Positions 52,301 through 63,507 of a stretch of 64,000 bases of DNA are shown here, one piece after another. Location: assembly GCF_018350175.1 (NCBI RefSeq), contig NC_058373.1:105340001-105404000 (forward strand). The letters run 5' to 3'. The position numbers and the translations under genes were made by a program. Every line of letters begins with the position of its first letter. Within the stretch, counting starts at the first letter, position 1. This DNA comes from Felis catus (taxonomy: Eukaryota). A model generated the notes under the pieces. That model saw nothing but the letters and a program-made list of their open reading frames with translations, was not told where the DNA came from and searched no databases.

Positions 52301-53399
52301 GTTCCTGTGTTACCGAGAAAAGCGTTTGGCACACAGTTGGCATAAAGAAGAGGTGACCTGAATAGAAGTGATTTTGTATGCTGATGAACACTTGAACAGA
52401 ATTCTGTTTTTAGACCTGATAAACAACCTTGTAAATTATGAATCGTGGTTGTAGTTATAGTTTCTTTTATGTCTGTGAGGGACAGCAATGGAGAGGTCAG
52501 TGGAGGGTGACAAGGGAACTTGTGTATTTTTGTTTTGTTTTGTTTTTAGTAAGTATTGAGTTGATTCTACTTGTCGCAGAGATTAAATGGGTGCTATTAA
52601 TTTAGATAGTATGTTAAGGTAGAAACAATTTACAATCAACCTCCATTTTTTTGAGTCTCTAGAGATCATCAGTTGGATCCTTGCAAGGCACTGTTTTGAG
52701 TACGGTAATACTAAGAGGGTATTAAAACAGTCTCTGCCTTCAGGCAATTTTTATAACATAATTGGAGAGAAGAAATACACATAAAACCCTACATACATAG
52801 ATATGTGTCTACACACTCAGATAAATAACCAAACAAATAGCATTTGGTAAGAATCAGATATTCATACAATTAACCAGAGTGCAGAAGAGGGAAGTGAACT
52901 GATCTTGGAGGGAGGGTTAGACCACACAAGGTAGAAGGGGCAGCTGGGCAGCGGTGTTCGAGTCTGAAATAATGATAGAGGATGCATTCCTTCACACAGC
53001 ACTTTGCCTGAACTTCAGCAGATTGTAACTTGTTGTATTTAATTTATGAGGCTTTTTGATGTATTGCTTTTTAGAACAGATACGTTGCTTTTCCATAGAC
53101 AAGCCAGCTAGTGGCATTTCCAGACCTCTCTATCCCACTGAAATTCCCTGTGACCAGTGTTCCAAGAGGGACAGAGGTGACCATACCACAAATGCTACTT
53201 CAGGGGGCAAGTTTATAGGTCTCTCTGGAGTGGGGGGGGGGGGGACGGGGAAGCCACAACTCATACAATCCTTACTATCTACCAGCTTGCCACGTTGTAA
53301 AAACACACGCTCACCCCGCCCCACAAATACATATTATATAATGTATATTACTTATAACAGTAATGTACATTACTTATATAATGTAATTCTTAGAACAGG

Positions 53400-53545
53400 C
53401 AGGTTCTGTTAGTAGCTCCATTTCACGGTTGGGCAAAGAGAGGCATAGAGAGGCGAAGTAACTTGTTTGCACAGCTAGTCAAGGCTGGAACAGGATTCAC
53501 ATTCAGACAGCCTGATTTCGGAGTCTGAGCTCTTGTGTTTGCCCA
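53400..53545 (+). mobile_element. MIR SINE
   Basis: CCATTTCACGG...GAGGCATAGAGAGGCGAAGTAACTTG...GGATTCACATTCAGACAGCCTGA. Confidence 0.65.
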
Positions 53546-53949
53546 AGATAGCAAATAACAACAATAAAAAGCCCAAACAAAAACCAAAGCGCGCAGGCGC
53601 GCGCGCGCACACACATTAAACCCCAGGCTTGTGAAAGAGTTGATGCAACCCCTGGCTTTACAGCGACATCCTCCAGCCTAATTTTACACGCCTTTCGTGA
53701 AAAGATAAAACAGCAACAAAACTAAGACTGAGGCAGTTTTAGAACGATATCGCACTGTGCTTTGGGTATTGCCTGTCTTTACAAAGCGGAGCCAAAGCAA
53801 TGGTCTTTGAATGCACTCTCAGTACCTTGCTCGGCAAGGTGAAAGAAAGCGAAATCAGTGTGAGTGGATGTGAACAGTGGACGTGGGGGGAAAGGGTTAA
53901 GATTGTGTGCTGCAACTCGGTCGAGTTTCAGAAAGTTCTCTGGGGAGCC

Positions 53950-55430
53950 CAACTGCCGCGTCCCTTCGCGACCCTGCCTGCGAGGCCGACTGTAACAGGA
54001 TGCTGGGGCTCGAGGCGCTCGCCCCTTGCTTTGTGCGAGGGGAAAAGAACCAATAAGGAGCGAGGCAAAAAATTGGGTGCAGTAAACCCGAAAAGGGGGC
54101 GAGGAGGCCCGCGGGAAGAGCGGGGGAGGAGAGAGGGAGGAGCGGGGAGGGCCTAGCGAGGAGGAGGCCGGCGCTGAGCGCCAGCGGCGCCCCTGACAGG
54201 AGAGGGGGAAGCCTGGGGGAGCGGGCCTCGGAGCGGAGGGGCCGGCGCGGGGAGGCGGGCGCCAGGCGGGGGTTTGCCGGGCCGCCGCGCGTGACGTAGC
54301 GCCGAGCAGGGCGTTATCAGCTGCGGGGCCGCGGCGAGGGACGCGCGGCGACAGCGGACGGCGCCGCCCGGGCCCGGACGGCTGCAGCCCGCGGCCGCGA
54401 GCGGGTCCCGGGCGCTTCTGGCCGTCGCCCCGTCGCTGCGCCCCGACTCGGGGGCGGCATGAGCCCCCGGCCGCAGCCCTAGCGCCCGCTCCTCCGCCCG
54501 GGCGGCCCGGCTGCGGTGACGGGCGCTCCTGCAGGGGTGGGGGCCATGAAGCCGAGTGCGGCCGGGACGGCGAGGGAGCTGGAGCCGCAGGCGCCGGCCC
54601 GGGGCGAGCCGCGCGCGGCGGAGCCCGAGGGGCGCTGGCGGGAGAAGGGCGAGGCGGACACGGAGAGGCAGCGCACCCGGGAGCGGCAGGAGGCCACGCT
54701 GGCCGGGCTGGCGGAGCTGGAGTACCTGCGCCAGCGCCAGGAGCTGCTGGTCCGGGGTGCCCTGCGTGGCGCCGGGGGCGCGGGGAGCGCTGCGCCCCGC
54801 GCTGGGGAGCTGCCGGGGGAGGCGGCGCAGCGCAGCCGCCTGGAGGAGAAGTTCTTGGAAGAGAATATCTTGCTGCTGCGGAAGCAGTTGGTAAGCGGTG
54901 CCTGGAGGAAGGGGCACGGCTGTCCCTGCACGGGGACTGGGGTGCGGGCAGGTGGCCTGGGGGTGGGCGCGAGGGCGCCTCTGGCCGGGGAGACGCTCCA
55001 CGTTCCGGGACCCCCATTCCTGCGTGGGCGCGCGCGGCGCGTGGGCCGCCGTCGCCCACGCGTTCCTGGCGTGTCCCCGCTTTGTGTCAGGTGAGGGGCT
55101 GGCGACCCCGCGCGGATTGCCGGGAGGGGTGGCAGCCCTCCCCTCCCGCTCTGCCTTCGGGATTCTTGGAGTCGCCTGGTTGTAACCTTCAAATCTCTCC
55201 ACTTCGACGAATGCAACGCCCCTCTCCCCGAATGTTTGCAAACCCTCCTTTAAAATACCCTATCTTTTGGAGGTCTTCGCTTCGTGTCCTCCCGCCGAGA
55301 AGGGACAAAAGCCGAGGAGGGGGCTTGTGGCGAGGTTAACTGTCCAATGCAGAATTTTACGATTACGCGGAAGCGCACGTAGGGCGCCCTGCCACTCCCA
55401 GGGCTCCCCCCCGCATGCCAGCTTTTGCCC
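53950..55430. promoter_or_regulatory. CpG island / DACT1 promoter
   Basis: Very GC- and CpG-rich stretch spanning exon 1. CCAAT at 54051, ATTGG at ~54072, CRE-like TGACGTAG at ~54292, GC-box-like GGCGGG motifs. No TATA box seen. Confidence 0.88.
54546..54890 (+). CDS. DACT1: DACT1 coding exon 1 (345 nt, 115 codons)
   Basis: ATG in GGGGCCATGA context. Translates MKPSAAG...[31 protein letters not shown]...[18 protein letters not shown], the Dapper N-terminal leucine-zipper region. Ends at donor TTG|GTAAGC, phase 0. Confidence 0.96.
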
Positions 55431-57122
55431 GGGCTGCTGCTTAATTTCATATAGAAGCCCTTTGTATGAAGCAGCTAACACAGATGCAAATGATAGAAAT
55501 TTGGCTGGGGAAAGTGCCCCGTCCCCTCATATTTTATGTGACTGGTGGTGGAGGGGGAAGAAGAGAGAACCTGCTCTTAAGACAGCGTTTATCTTACTGG
55601 ATTTCCGTCAGCGTCTCAGCCAGCCATCCTGTGCCATCTTCATTAATGGGGAAGGAAAAGAACTTTGGCGCTTAATGTATTGATGAACAGCTTTTGACCC
55701 CGCCTCAGAATAATGGCGGCAGCTTTGTTACGGTGACCTCAAAAATGTAGTTTTGAAAACAGAGGGGAAAAAAAATCTTTTTTGGCCATGTGATACTGTC
55801 TGAAACTAGACGCATGCTAGATAATGTGCCTCCTCCTACAACAGCGAACATAGTGATGCCGTGTGGTTATTTGTCAAAGGGTTTCTTGTATTATGTCTTT
55901 TCAGATAATTTCTCTCTCTCCAGTCTCTCCCTCTCTGTCTCTCAGCATCACAGTACTTTTACTTTGGTTCATTTCTCCTGAAGAAACTCATTGTAGTAAA
56001 AAGGCATATAAGGTTTTTGTCTACAAGCTTTTTAAATCAAAGGACGGACAGGAGGAATGGATACTCCTGTTACATCTGTTTTTCAAGGATGTATCCTGCT
56101 TTGTACAATCCCTATTTGGCATTTTACCTTTTCTTTGGTCGCCGACCAGATGTGCATGTAACATTGGTTTGACTCCATTCTTGCTGGTGATGCCTTGTCA
56201 TTGACATTTTTCTGCATTGTCTTTTACAATAGCCCCTTTTTGTCTTCACGAATCTCAAGATTGTGAGTGGCACATTCCTCTTGTCCCCTGGAGGGGAGCG
56301 AGGCAGCGCGTCAGGAGAATTTCAGTCCAGTCAGTGTTTGTGGTACTATTTTCATGTGTAGACTTGGCATTCGCGATTTGAACCAGATGCCTTTTTGGTC
56401 CTTTTGCTTTTCCAGCAATAGGAAGCACTAGGTGGCAGTGTGAGTTAGCACTACAGATCTGTCATCTTTGGAAACCTGAGTTGAGTTCAAATCTTGATGG
56501 ACCTTCCCTTGAGGGTTTTGGATTTTGCTAGCTCACACTATACTTGGCACTGGCTATTAGTATTCGTTTCTCACTTTCAAAGGCCCTAAGACTGATTAAA
56601 CCCCACAAAGCAACTAATAGAAGACAAAACTCTGCAGGACATTTGGCCAGAAAATCTCACCTAAGTAAGGGTATAGTGTATTGTAGGGAATCTGTTACAC
56701 TCTGACTTCAAATTAAAGAGTCTGCTGTGAAGCACTGTTTTGCAAGAAATTGGGTGTACATAGAGGATTTAAAAGAATCTCGTTGTGTTTTCTTATCCTT
56801 AACCTATACAAAGTGAGTTTGTGTAAGTTGAAACAAAAAGCAAGTCCTGTTTTTATGAAGAAACTTTATAGCACCGCAAAATGTGAGAAAGTGAAATGAA
56901 ACATAGGACATATTCTTGAAGTTTTTTTTGTTTTGTTTTGTTTTTTGTGTTTTTTTTTTTTTGTTTTTTTTTGTTTTTTTAATTCCAGGTCATCCAGTAA
57001 AAATTTTGGTTTTGGAAGATTTAGTGAACTTTCCAAATGGCAATTTGAGTACTTAGAGCAGACTTTCTGATTCTTTGTCACCTAAATGTGTTCATTTCTG
57101 CCCCCCCCCCCCCCCCAATCAG

Positions 57123-57255
57123 AATTGTTTGAGGAGAAGAGATGCTGGTTTGTTGAATCAGTTGCAAGAACTTGACAAGCAGATAAGTGACCTGAGACTG
57201 GATGTAGAAAAGACATCTGAAGAGCACCTGGAGACAGACAGTCGGCCCAGCTCAG
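57123..57255 (+). CDS. DACT1: DACT1 coding exon 2 (133 nt)
   Basis: Acceptor C16-AATCAG|. Translates [44 protein letters not shown](G). Donor CAG|GTGAGT. In frame with exon 1. Confidence 0.96.
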
Positions 57256-58004
57256 GTGAGTGTGTGACACTAGGACAGAACTCTGCACTTGAGTTCTACT
57301 TCATTCCACTGTTTAACTTTCCCAGACCTGCAAAAGGCAATGGAGTTTGTTTCTAGTGCAGAGAGAATAAAAAAAAAAAAAAAGCAGTCTGCCATTCAGT
57401 TGTATGAGAGGGAAATAAAACCAGATGACCAAATTTTTAATAATGAGATTGATCTGACTGGAGTCTCCTGAGTTTAAAAATAAAAGCTTCTATTCAAATT
57501 TCTGGAAGAGCAGTCCTCCTTTGAAACTTGAGAAAGTCAGAACTGGGCTAGAAAATTAGTCACACTTCAACTTCCTGAGACCACTTCAAAAGTTTTTTTT
57601 TTTTTCTTCTTCTTTTTCTTCTTCTTTTAAGCCATTTGGCTCCTTAAATAGATTTTTTTCTTCAAATTATTCTTTCTGAAACATTCATGATAAAGTTGGG
57701 GCTTTGACAGATCTAAGTCTCTTTCCTTGCACATCTTTAAAGGTGGGGTCAAAAAGGCAGGTCAGTTTGAGGGTGAGAGTAGCTTTGAAATGTATCCATA
57801 GATATGGGCTCTTTGCCTTTTCCTAAGGATTACTTGAAATAAAACTTGAAATTCACACTAAATCCAGTGAACCAGAATCGCTCCCCACCCCACCAAAGTG
57901 TCCCCTTCCTACCTTTTCTAGATGATTAACCCTTTTCCTTTTAAACACAAATGTATGCTATTGCTTGACATGATCTTAATTCCAAATGGTGTTTTTATTT
58001 GTAG

Positions 58005-58160
58005 GGTTTTATGAGCTGAGTGATGGGGCTTCAGGATCCCTTTCCAATTCCTCTAACTCGGTCTTCAGTGAGTGTTTATCCAGTTGTCATTCCAGCACCT
58101 GCTTTTGCAGCCCCTTGGAGGCAACCTTGACTATCTCAGATGGTTGCCCCAAATCTGCAG
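58005..58160 (+). CDS. DACT1: DACT1 coding exon 3 (156 nt)
   Basis: Acceptor TTTTTATTTGTAG|. Translates (G)[51 protein letters not shown], completing the Dapper DSRPSSGFYE motif. Donor CAG|GTAAGA, phase 1. Confidence 0.96.
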
Positions 58161-58679
58161 GTAAGACTTTTTAGAATTGATAGACATTTTTAGCTGGAAA
58201 AGGTGAAAGGCCCTTAACGGTTATCTAGCTTTAACCCCTTCTACTGACAGAAAAACAAAAGGTCAGAGAAGTTCATCAACTTGCTACGTTTCATGACATA
58301 GCTTTATATTGTGCTGGTAGCAAGACAGCTTCTCTTTAGAAATCCTGTCCCAATATTACAGGTCTTGAGCTCTGTTTGTGAGCCTTTGCTGTGAGTTTGA
58401 CTTGTTTGTATTTCTTTGGAAAGCCACTTTGGATCTCTTTTTTTATAATCATTTAAAGCTAAAGCTTACAGTAAGTTAAATATGTCTGTCAGGCTGCTTG
58501 GCACTTCAGGGAGCAGTGGTCCCTCCACATTCTCCAGAATGTCTTGCGTGATGGCAGCTTGTCTTTTCTTTTAGGAGGTGGGTGGGATGAGATTCCCGTA
58601 GGCCGTGTGCCATTGTTTCCACTTTGGGCTATCCTTGGAGTGACCTCAGGAGAGAGTCATGCTATTGTCGGTATTGGAA

Positions 58680-58920
58680 GTTTCTGCATTTCCACTATGT
58701 GTCAAACACGTATGCTCTGCATATATTTATCTCCTTTGAATCCTCCCAGTAGTTCTGCAGGGTGTGCAAGTCTTGTTAGCTGCCGTTTGTATGTCAGAAA
58801 AATGAGGTCTAGTTAGGTTAATTAACAGGTTCATTGTTTAAGGTTAATATACTAGCGAGTGGCAGAGGCAGGACTCAAGCTCAGGACCAGTTGTCAGGTC
58901 CATGTTTTCCCACCACACTA
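58680..58920 (+). mobile_element. MIR SINE in DACT1 intron 3
   Basis: TTGAATCCTCCCAG...GAAAAATGAGG...CTAGCGAGTGGCAGAGGCAGGACTCAAGCTCAGG. Confidence 0.55.
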
Positions 58921-60105
58921 GGAATTCAGAAATTTCTGTGTTCAACCTTCTCATTGAACAGAGGAGGAATTTGGTTTTATAAAACAGTTCTCCAGGGGCT
59001 CCTCATTTTCTGAATGGCAGAATTGTTGCTGAAACTTGGGACTCCTTTCTTAGTTTTGCTTTACTGTGATTCCTCAGAAGAGCAGAGAGGAGATGGAGAG
59101 CTGTAGGTGCTATAGCACAAGTCACTGCACTCTTGGTTTGTCTGTGTTCTCCACTTGGGCGTAAGGCTGAACTTTTGAGATCCAAGCAATGCAAACATAA
59201 CGCCAAACAACTGAGGCTGCTAAGTGGCTGGTGTCTTTGAGTTTGTACACTGTGCTGTCAGCAGCAATCATTTGGGGAAGCACACATCTGTGTTATCTAG
59301 AGTGTCTAGGCCTCAAGTTCATTGGTAATTGCTCCCCTTCACTCTGCAGATCTGGTTTCAGAGGGAAACTTTAAAACCCACTAAAGGCGTTTGGTATAGG
59401 TTTTCTTTGAAGACAGACTCCTGATCTCCCAAATGCCACATCTTCACATAATTGAGACAGTTGTACTGGGCCTTGGAGACTGAGATGTCAGTCTTGTTCC
59501 TTAACTGTAAGTTGGGAAAAGGGACAGAATAGTAAAGTGTGGGTAAATGTAGGGCAATGCTTTAAGTAGGGCAAGTATATGGTAGTAGAGGAGGAAAGAT
59601 GAGCAACGATATTAGCTAGAAAGGGTTCTTCTCCTTGTTGCCATAAGCTATTGGGAGTGGAGGTGGGGGGTAGGGACACAGCACATTTTATATTATAATA
59701 ATCTTTGCTTTACAAATGAATCGTATCATTACTGGATCCAGACTGTATTTTTCCCCAGGACTTCTAATTATCATCGAAGGTCATGGAGCTTTCTCTTAAC
59801 TTAAATAATTTACATAGAATCCGGCACATAGTAAGTTTTCAATATTTGAGTGAATAAATATAATACAGGATATCTTAAGTAGTGATAAAAACTTTGATTT
59901 TCTCTAAGTTCATTAAAGGGATTTGATATTTACAACAGTCACCAAGGAAAGATATCAAAATCATTTAATTCAGCAAGAAAGCTTGAGTTCATTGTATTTT
60001 GGCATTTACATTTTTGAGATGTGAAAATTTATTCATTAATACAACAGCTCAATCTCTTAAAACCGTTATCAAGAATTCCTTCCCAGTTAAAAATATTGCC
60101 TTATT

Positions 60106-60316
60106 GGGGCGCCTGGGTGGCTCGGTTGGTTGAGTGTCCAACTTCGGCTCAGGTCATGATCTCATAGTTTGTGAGTTCGAGCCCCGCGTTGGGCTCTGTT
60201 CTGACAGCTCAGAGCCTGGAGCCTGCTTCAGATTCTGTCTCCTTCTCTCTCTGCACCTTCCCACTTGTGCTGTCTCTCTGTGTCTCAAAAATAAATAAAT
60301 GTAAAAAAAAAAAATT
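60106..60316 (+). mobile_element. CanSINE in DACT1 intron 3
   Basis: TSD AAAAATATTGCCTTATT at 60089 and 60317. Confidence 0.9.
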
Positions 60317-60521
60317 AAAAAATATTGCCTTATTTTTTAGTGTCATTCTTAAAAATATAAAGTGATAATTATTTACGTTTGGTTACTCTCCAGTGAAATT
60401 TGATCGGTTTCTTTGACCTTTCAACTGACAGTTATACTCGAACATGTCATTAAGAATTGAGCCTAAAAAAAAAAAAATATGAGGAGAAAGCTCAGAGAAA
60501 GTACAGTTTATCTGCAGTATT

Positions 60522-60752
60522 TCTTTTTTTTTTTTTAATTTTTTTTTTTCAACGTTTATTTATTTTTGGGACAGAGAGAGACAGAGCATGAACGGGGGAG
60601 GGGCAGAGAGAGAGGGAGACACAGAATCGGAAACAGGCTCCAGTCTCTGAGCCATCAGCCCAGAGCCTGACGTGGGGCTCGAACTCACAGACCGCGAGAT
60701 CGTGACCTGGCTGAAGTCGGACGCTTAACCGACTGCGCCACCCAGGCGCCCC
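60522..60752 (-). mobile_element. Young felid CanSINE, antisense, in DACT1 intron 3
   Basis: TSD TATCTG(C/T)AGTATTTC. Confidence 0.92.
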
Positions 60753-61185
60753 TATCTGTAGTATTTCAAAAGGAAAACAAGAATAGAACACAGAGGGCCC
60801 AGAGAAAGAATGACTCAAAAAATAAGCGTTTTTTTTTTCCTAGTTATAAATGCAGTGCATACTTACTGAAAATTTAGAAAATAGAAAATGAAGAAGAAAG
60901 TAAATCTCACTTGCTTTCTCACTATACTGCAGTGCTATTGGCATCTTGGGGTGCTTCATCTCAGACTTTCTTCACATATATAGTCTGGCTAAAATCGTAA
61001 TCATAGTCTGGCATTATATCATGCTTTTCACTAACCTTTAAAGCATATCCACATATTATTCAATAGTTTGAAAGGAGTTTTAATGGCTGAATATTTTTCC
61101 CTCAGAGGATGTATCATATCTTGTTACAAATATCTTTGTTAAATATTTGTTTCCCTCATCCAGTAGTATGGGCTGTAGAGCAGCT

Positions 61186-61470
61186 TGCTCTCTCTCTCTC
61201 TCTCTCTCTCAAAAATAAATAAACATTAAAAAAATTCTTTTTAAAAAAGGGGCGCCTGGGTGGCTCAGTCAGTTAAGCCTCTGACTTTGGCTCAGGTCAT
61301 GATGTCATGGTTCGTGACTTGGAACCCCGCGTTGGGCTCTGTGCTGACAGCCTGGAGCTTGGAACCTGTTTCGGATTCTGTCTCCCTTTCTCTCTGCCCC
61401 TCCCCCGCTCTCTCTCTCTGTCTCTCAAAAATAAACAAACATTAAAAAAAAAAACAAAAGCCAAAAAACA
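61186..61470 (+). mobile_element. 5'-truncated CanSINE tail followed by a full CanSINE (from 61249), ~150 nt upstream of exon 4
   Basis: (CT)n-AAAAATAAATAAACATT remnant, then a full SINE. The whole block is flanked by TAGA(G/A)CAGCTTG. Confidence 0.85.
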
Positions 61471-61618
61471 GAACTAGAACAGCTTGTAGGAATAGTTGTT
61501 GACTCTTTAGCATTCTCTCTCCCCCCCCCCGTGAGTGTGTTTTCGTAGAAATTGGCCTGAGTCAAGCTGGTGCTGACCGATTCAGTTCTTCAGAGTGTAT
61601 CCTTTAAATGTTTTTCAG

Positions 61619-63507
61619 ATCTCATAGGACGGCTGGAATACAAAGAAGGCCGCTGCGAAGACCAGGCCTCAGGGGCGGTTGGCCGTTCCCCCTCTACATC
61701 ACAATTTAATTCCCTTGGTGTCATTGCAGATGTGCATCCCAAGTACCAGTGTGATCTGGTGTCTAAAAACGGGAACGATGTGTATCGCTATCCCAGCCCG
61801 CTTCACGCCGTGGCCGTGCAGAGCCCCATGTTTCTCCTTTGCCTGACGGGCAACCCTCTGAGGGAAGAGGAGAGGCTTGGTAACCATGCCGGTGACATCT
61901 GTGATGGATCTGAGCCGGACGCCATCAAGATGGCCACTTCCTTACCATCTCCAAGCAGTTTGTGGTCTGCTCCCCATCCTTCGTCCAGTAAGAAAATGGA
62001 CGGCTACATTCTGAGCCTGGTCCAGAAAAAAACACACCCCGTAAGGACCAACAAACCAAGAACCAGTGTGAACGCTGACCCCACGAAGGGGCTTCTGAGG
62101 AACGGGAGCGTTTGTGTCAGAGTGACCGGGGGCGTCTTACAGGGCAACAGCGGGAACCTTAAGAATCCTAAACAGGTGCTTTTGCCCCCTGGCGGAGTCC
62201 CTTCTTTGGACAGTGGGACGTTCTCCCCGCCGAAGCAGTGGTCCAAAGACTCAAAGGCAGAACCACTGGAAGGCAAGAGGTTGTCCCCGCCGGAGGGCGC
62301 TGCCGCTGAACTTCCAAGTAAGCATGTGCCCAAGAATGCCAAGCCAGCTTCGCAGGAACACGCTCGGGGGCCCGCCGCCGTGTCGGGGGACTCCCCCAGA
62401 GACAGCATTCAGGTCCTCGCTGCCTCTCCGAAGGAGAGCCCTGGGAGGGGCCCGGCCCCGCCGCAGGAGAACAAAGCTGGGCAGCCGCTGAAAAAGGTGC
62501 CCCAGAAAGGCGGCCTGCCGCCCGCCCCTCCGGCAGCGCCCCCTGTCGCCCCCGCGGCGCTGCTGGCCGCGGCTTTCGCGGTGGAGGAGCGGCCCGCGCT
62601 GGATTTCAAGAGCGAGGGCTCCTCTTCGCAGAGCCTGGAGGAAGCGCCCCCCGTGAAGGCGCAGTCGGGCCCGGGCCCGCAGCCCGGCGGCCGGCCCCAT
62701 CGCGGCGTCCGGACGGCGGCCGGGCCGCGGGGCTGCGGCCCGAAGCACCGGGCCCAGGCCCTCCACGGGCCGGACGGCGCGCTGCCCGCCGTGAGGGAGA
62801 AGAGCCGCGCGGCCGGCAAGAAGTGCCGGTTCCCCGACGACGTGGATACAAATAAGAAGCTCAGGAAGGCCTCGTCGCGGGGCAGGAGGGGCGGGGGCGG
62901 CCAGCCCGAGGCGGGCCTCCCCAGCCGGCCGCTGCCTGGGGGCCACAGGGCGGGCGCGGCCAGGGCGCACGGCCACGGCCGGGAGGCGCTGGTGGCCAAG
63001 CCCAAGCACAAGCGAACCGACTCGCGGCGCTGGCGCTCGGCCGCGGAGGTGTCCCTGGAAGAGGCCCTGCGGCGGTCGCGGCGCGGCCGGCGCGAGCACG
63101 TGGGGCTGTACCCCGCCGCCGTGCCGCTGCCCTACGCCAGCCCCTACGCGTACGTGGCCAGCGACTCGGAGTACTCGGCCGAGTGCGAGTCGCTCTTCCA
63201 CTCCACCGTGCTGGACACCAGCGAGGACGAGCGCAGCAACTACACCACCAACTGCTTCGGGGACAGCGAGTCCAGCGTGAGCGAGGGGGAGTTCGCGGGC
63301 GACAGCACGAGCTCCAGTGACTCCGAGGAGAGCGGGGGCCTCATCTGGTCCCAGTTCGTGCAGACTCTCCCCATCCAGGCGGTCGCAGGCCCAGACCTCC
63401 ACGGCAACCCCACGAAAACCTTTGTCAAAATCAAGGCTTCCCATAACCTCAAGAAGAAGATCCTCCGCTTTCGGTCCGGCTCCCTGAAACTGATGACGAC
63501 CGTTTGA
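61619..63507 (+). CDS. DACT1: DACT1 terminal coding exon 4 (long form; in-frame alternative start at 61730)
   Basis: Acceptor TTTTTCAG|AT, phase 1. Contains [63 protein letters not shown] and the C-terminus [26 protein letters not shown], then TGA at 63505-63507. Total CDS 2523 nt (840 aa). Confidence 0.95.
62340..63400. promoter_or_regulatory. Intragenic CpG island in DACT1 exon 4
   Basis: Abrupt rise in GC and CpG density within the 3' half of the last coding exon. Confidence 0.75.

Noticed and set aside
1..53900. Exons of another protein-coding gene upstream of DACT1
   Set aside because: No ORF or spliceable exon with recognisable non-TE protein similarity was seen. Non-coding exons cannot be excluded by eye.
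53779..55241. Long minus-strand ORFs (426, 362 and 245 aa) over exon 1
   Set aside because: Low-complexity Pro/Ala/Arg products expected from stop-poor CpG island DNA. No recognisable domain.
2611..60818. Recurrent short ORFs such as MGQRETEHERGRGRERGRHRIGNRLQAL and GAPGWRSRLSVRLQPGHDL
   Set aside because: Translations of dispersed CanSINE copies, not a gene family or CRISPR-like array.
61570..61618. ORF-track start for the 645-aa ORF
   Set aside because: Intronic sequence upstream of the acceptor. The real frame enters by splicing at 61619 or 61730.
62251..63444. 397-aa antisense ORF in exon 4
   Set aside because: Shadow of a GC-rich coding frame, with no independent coding signal.
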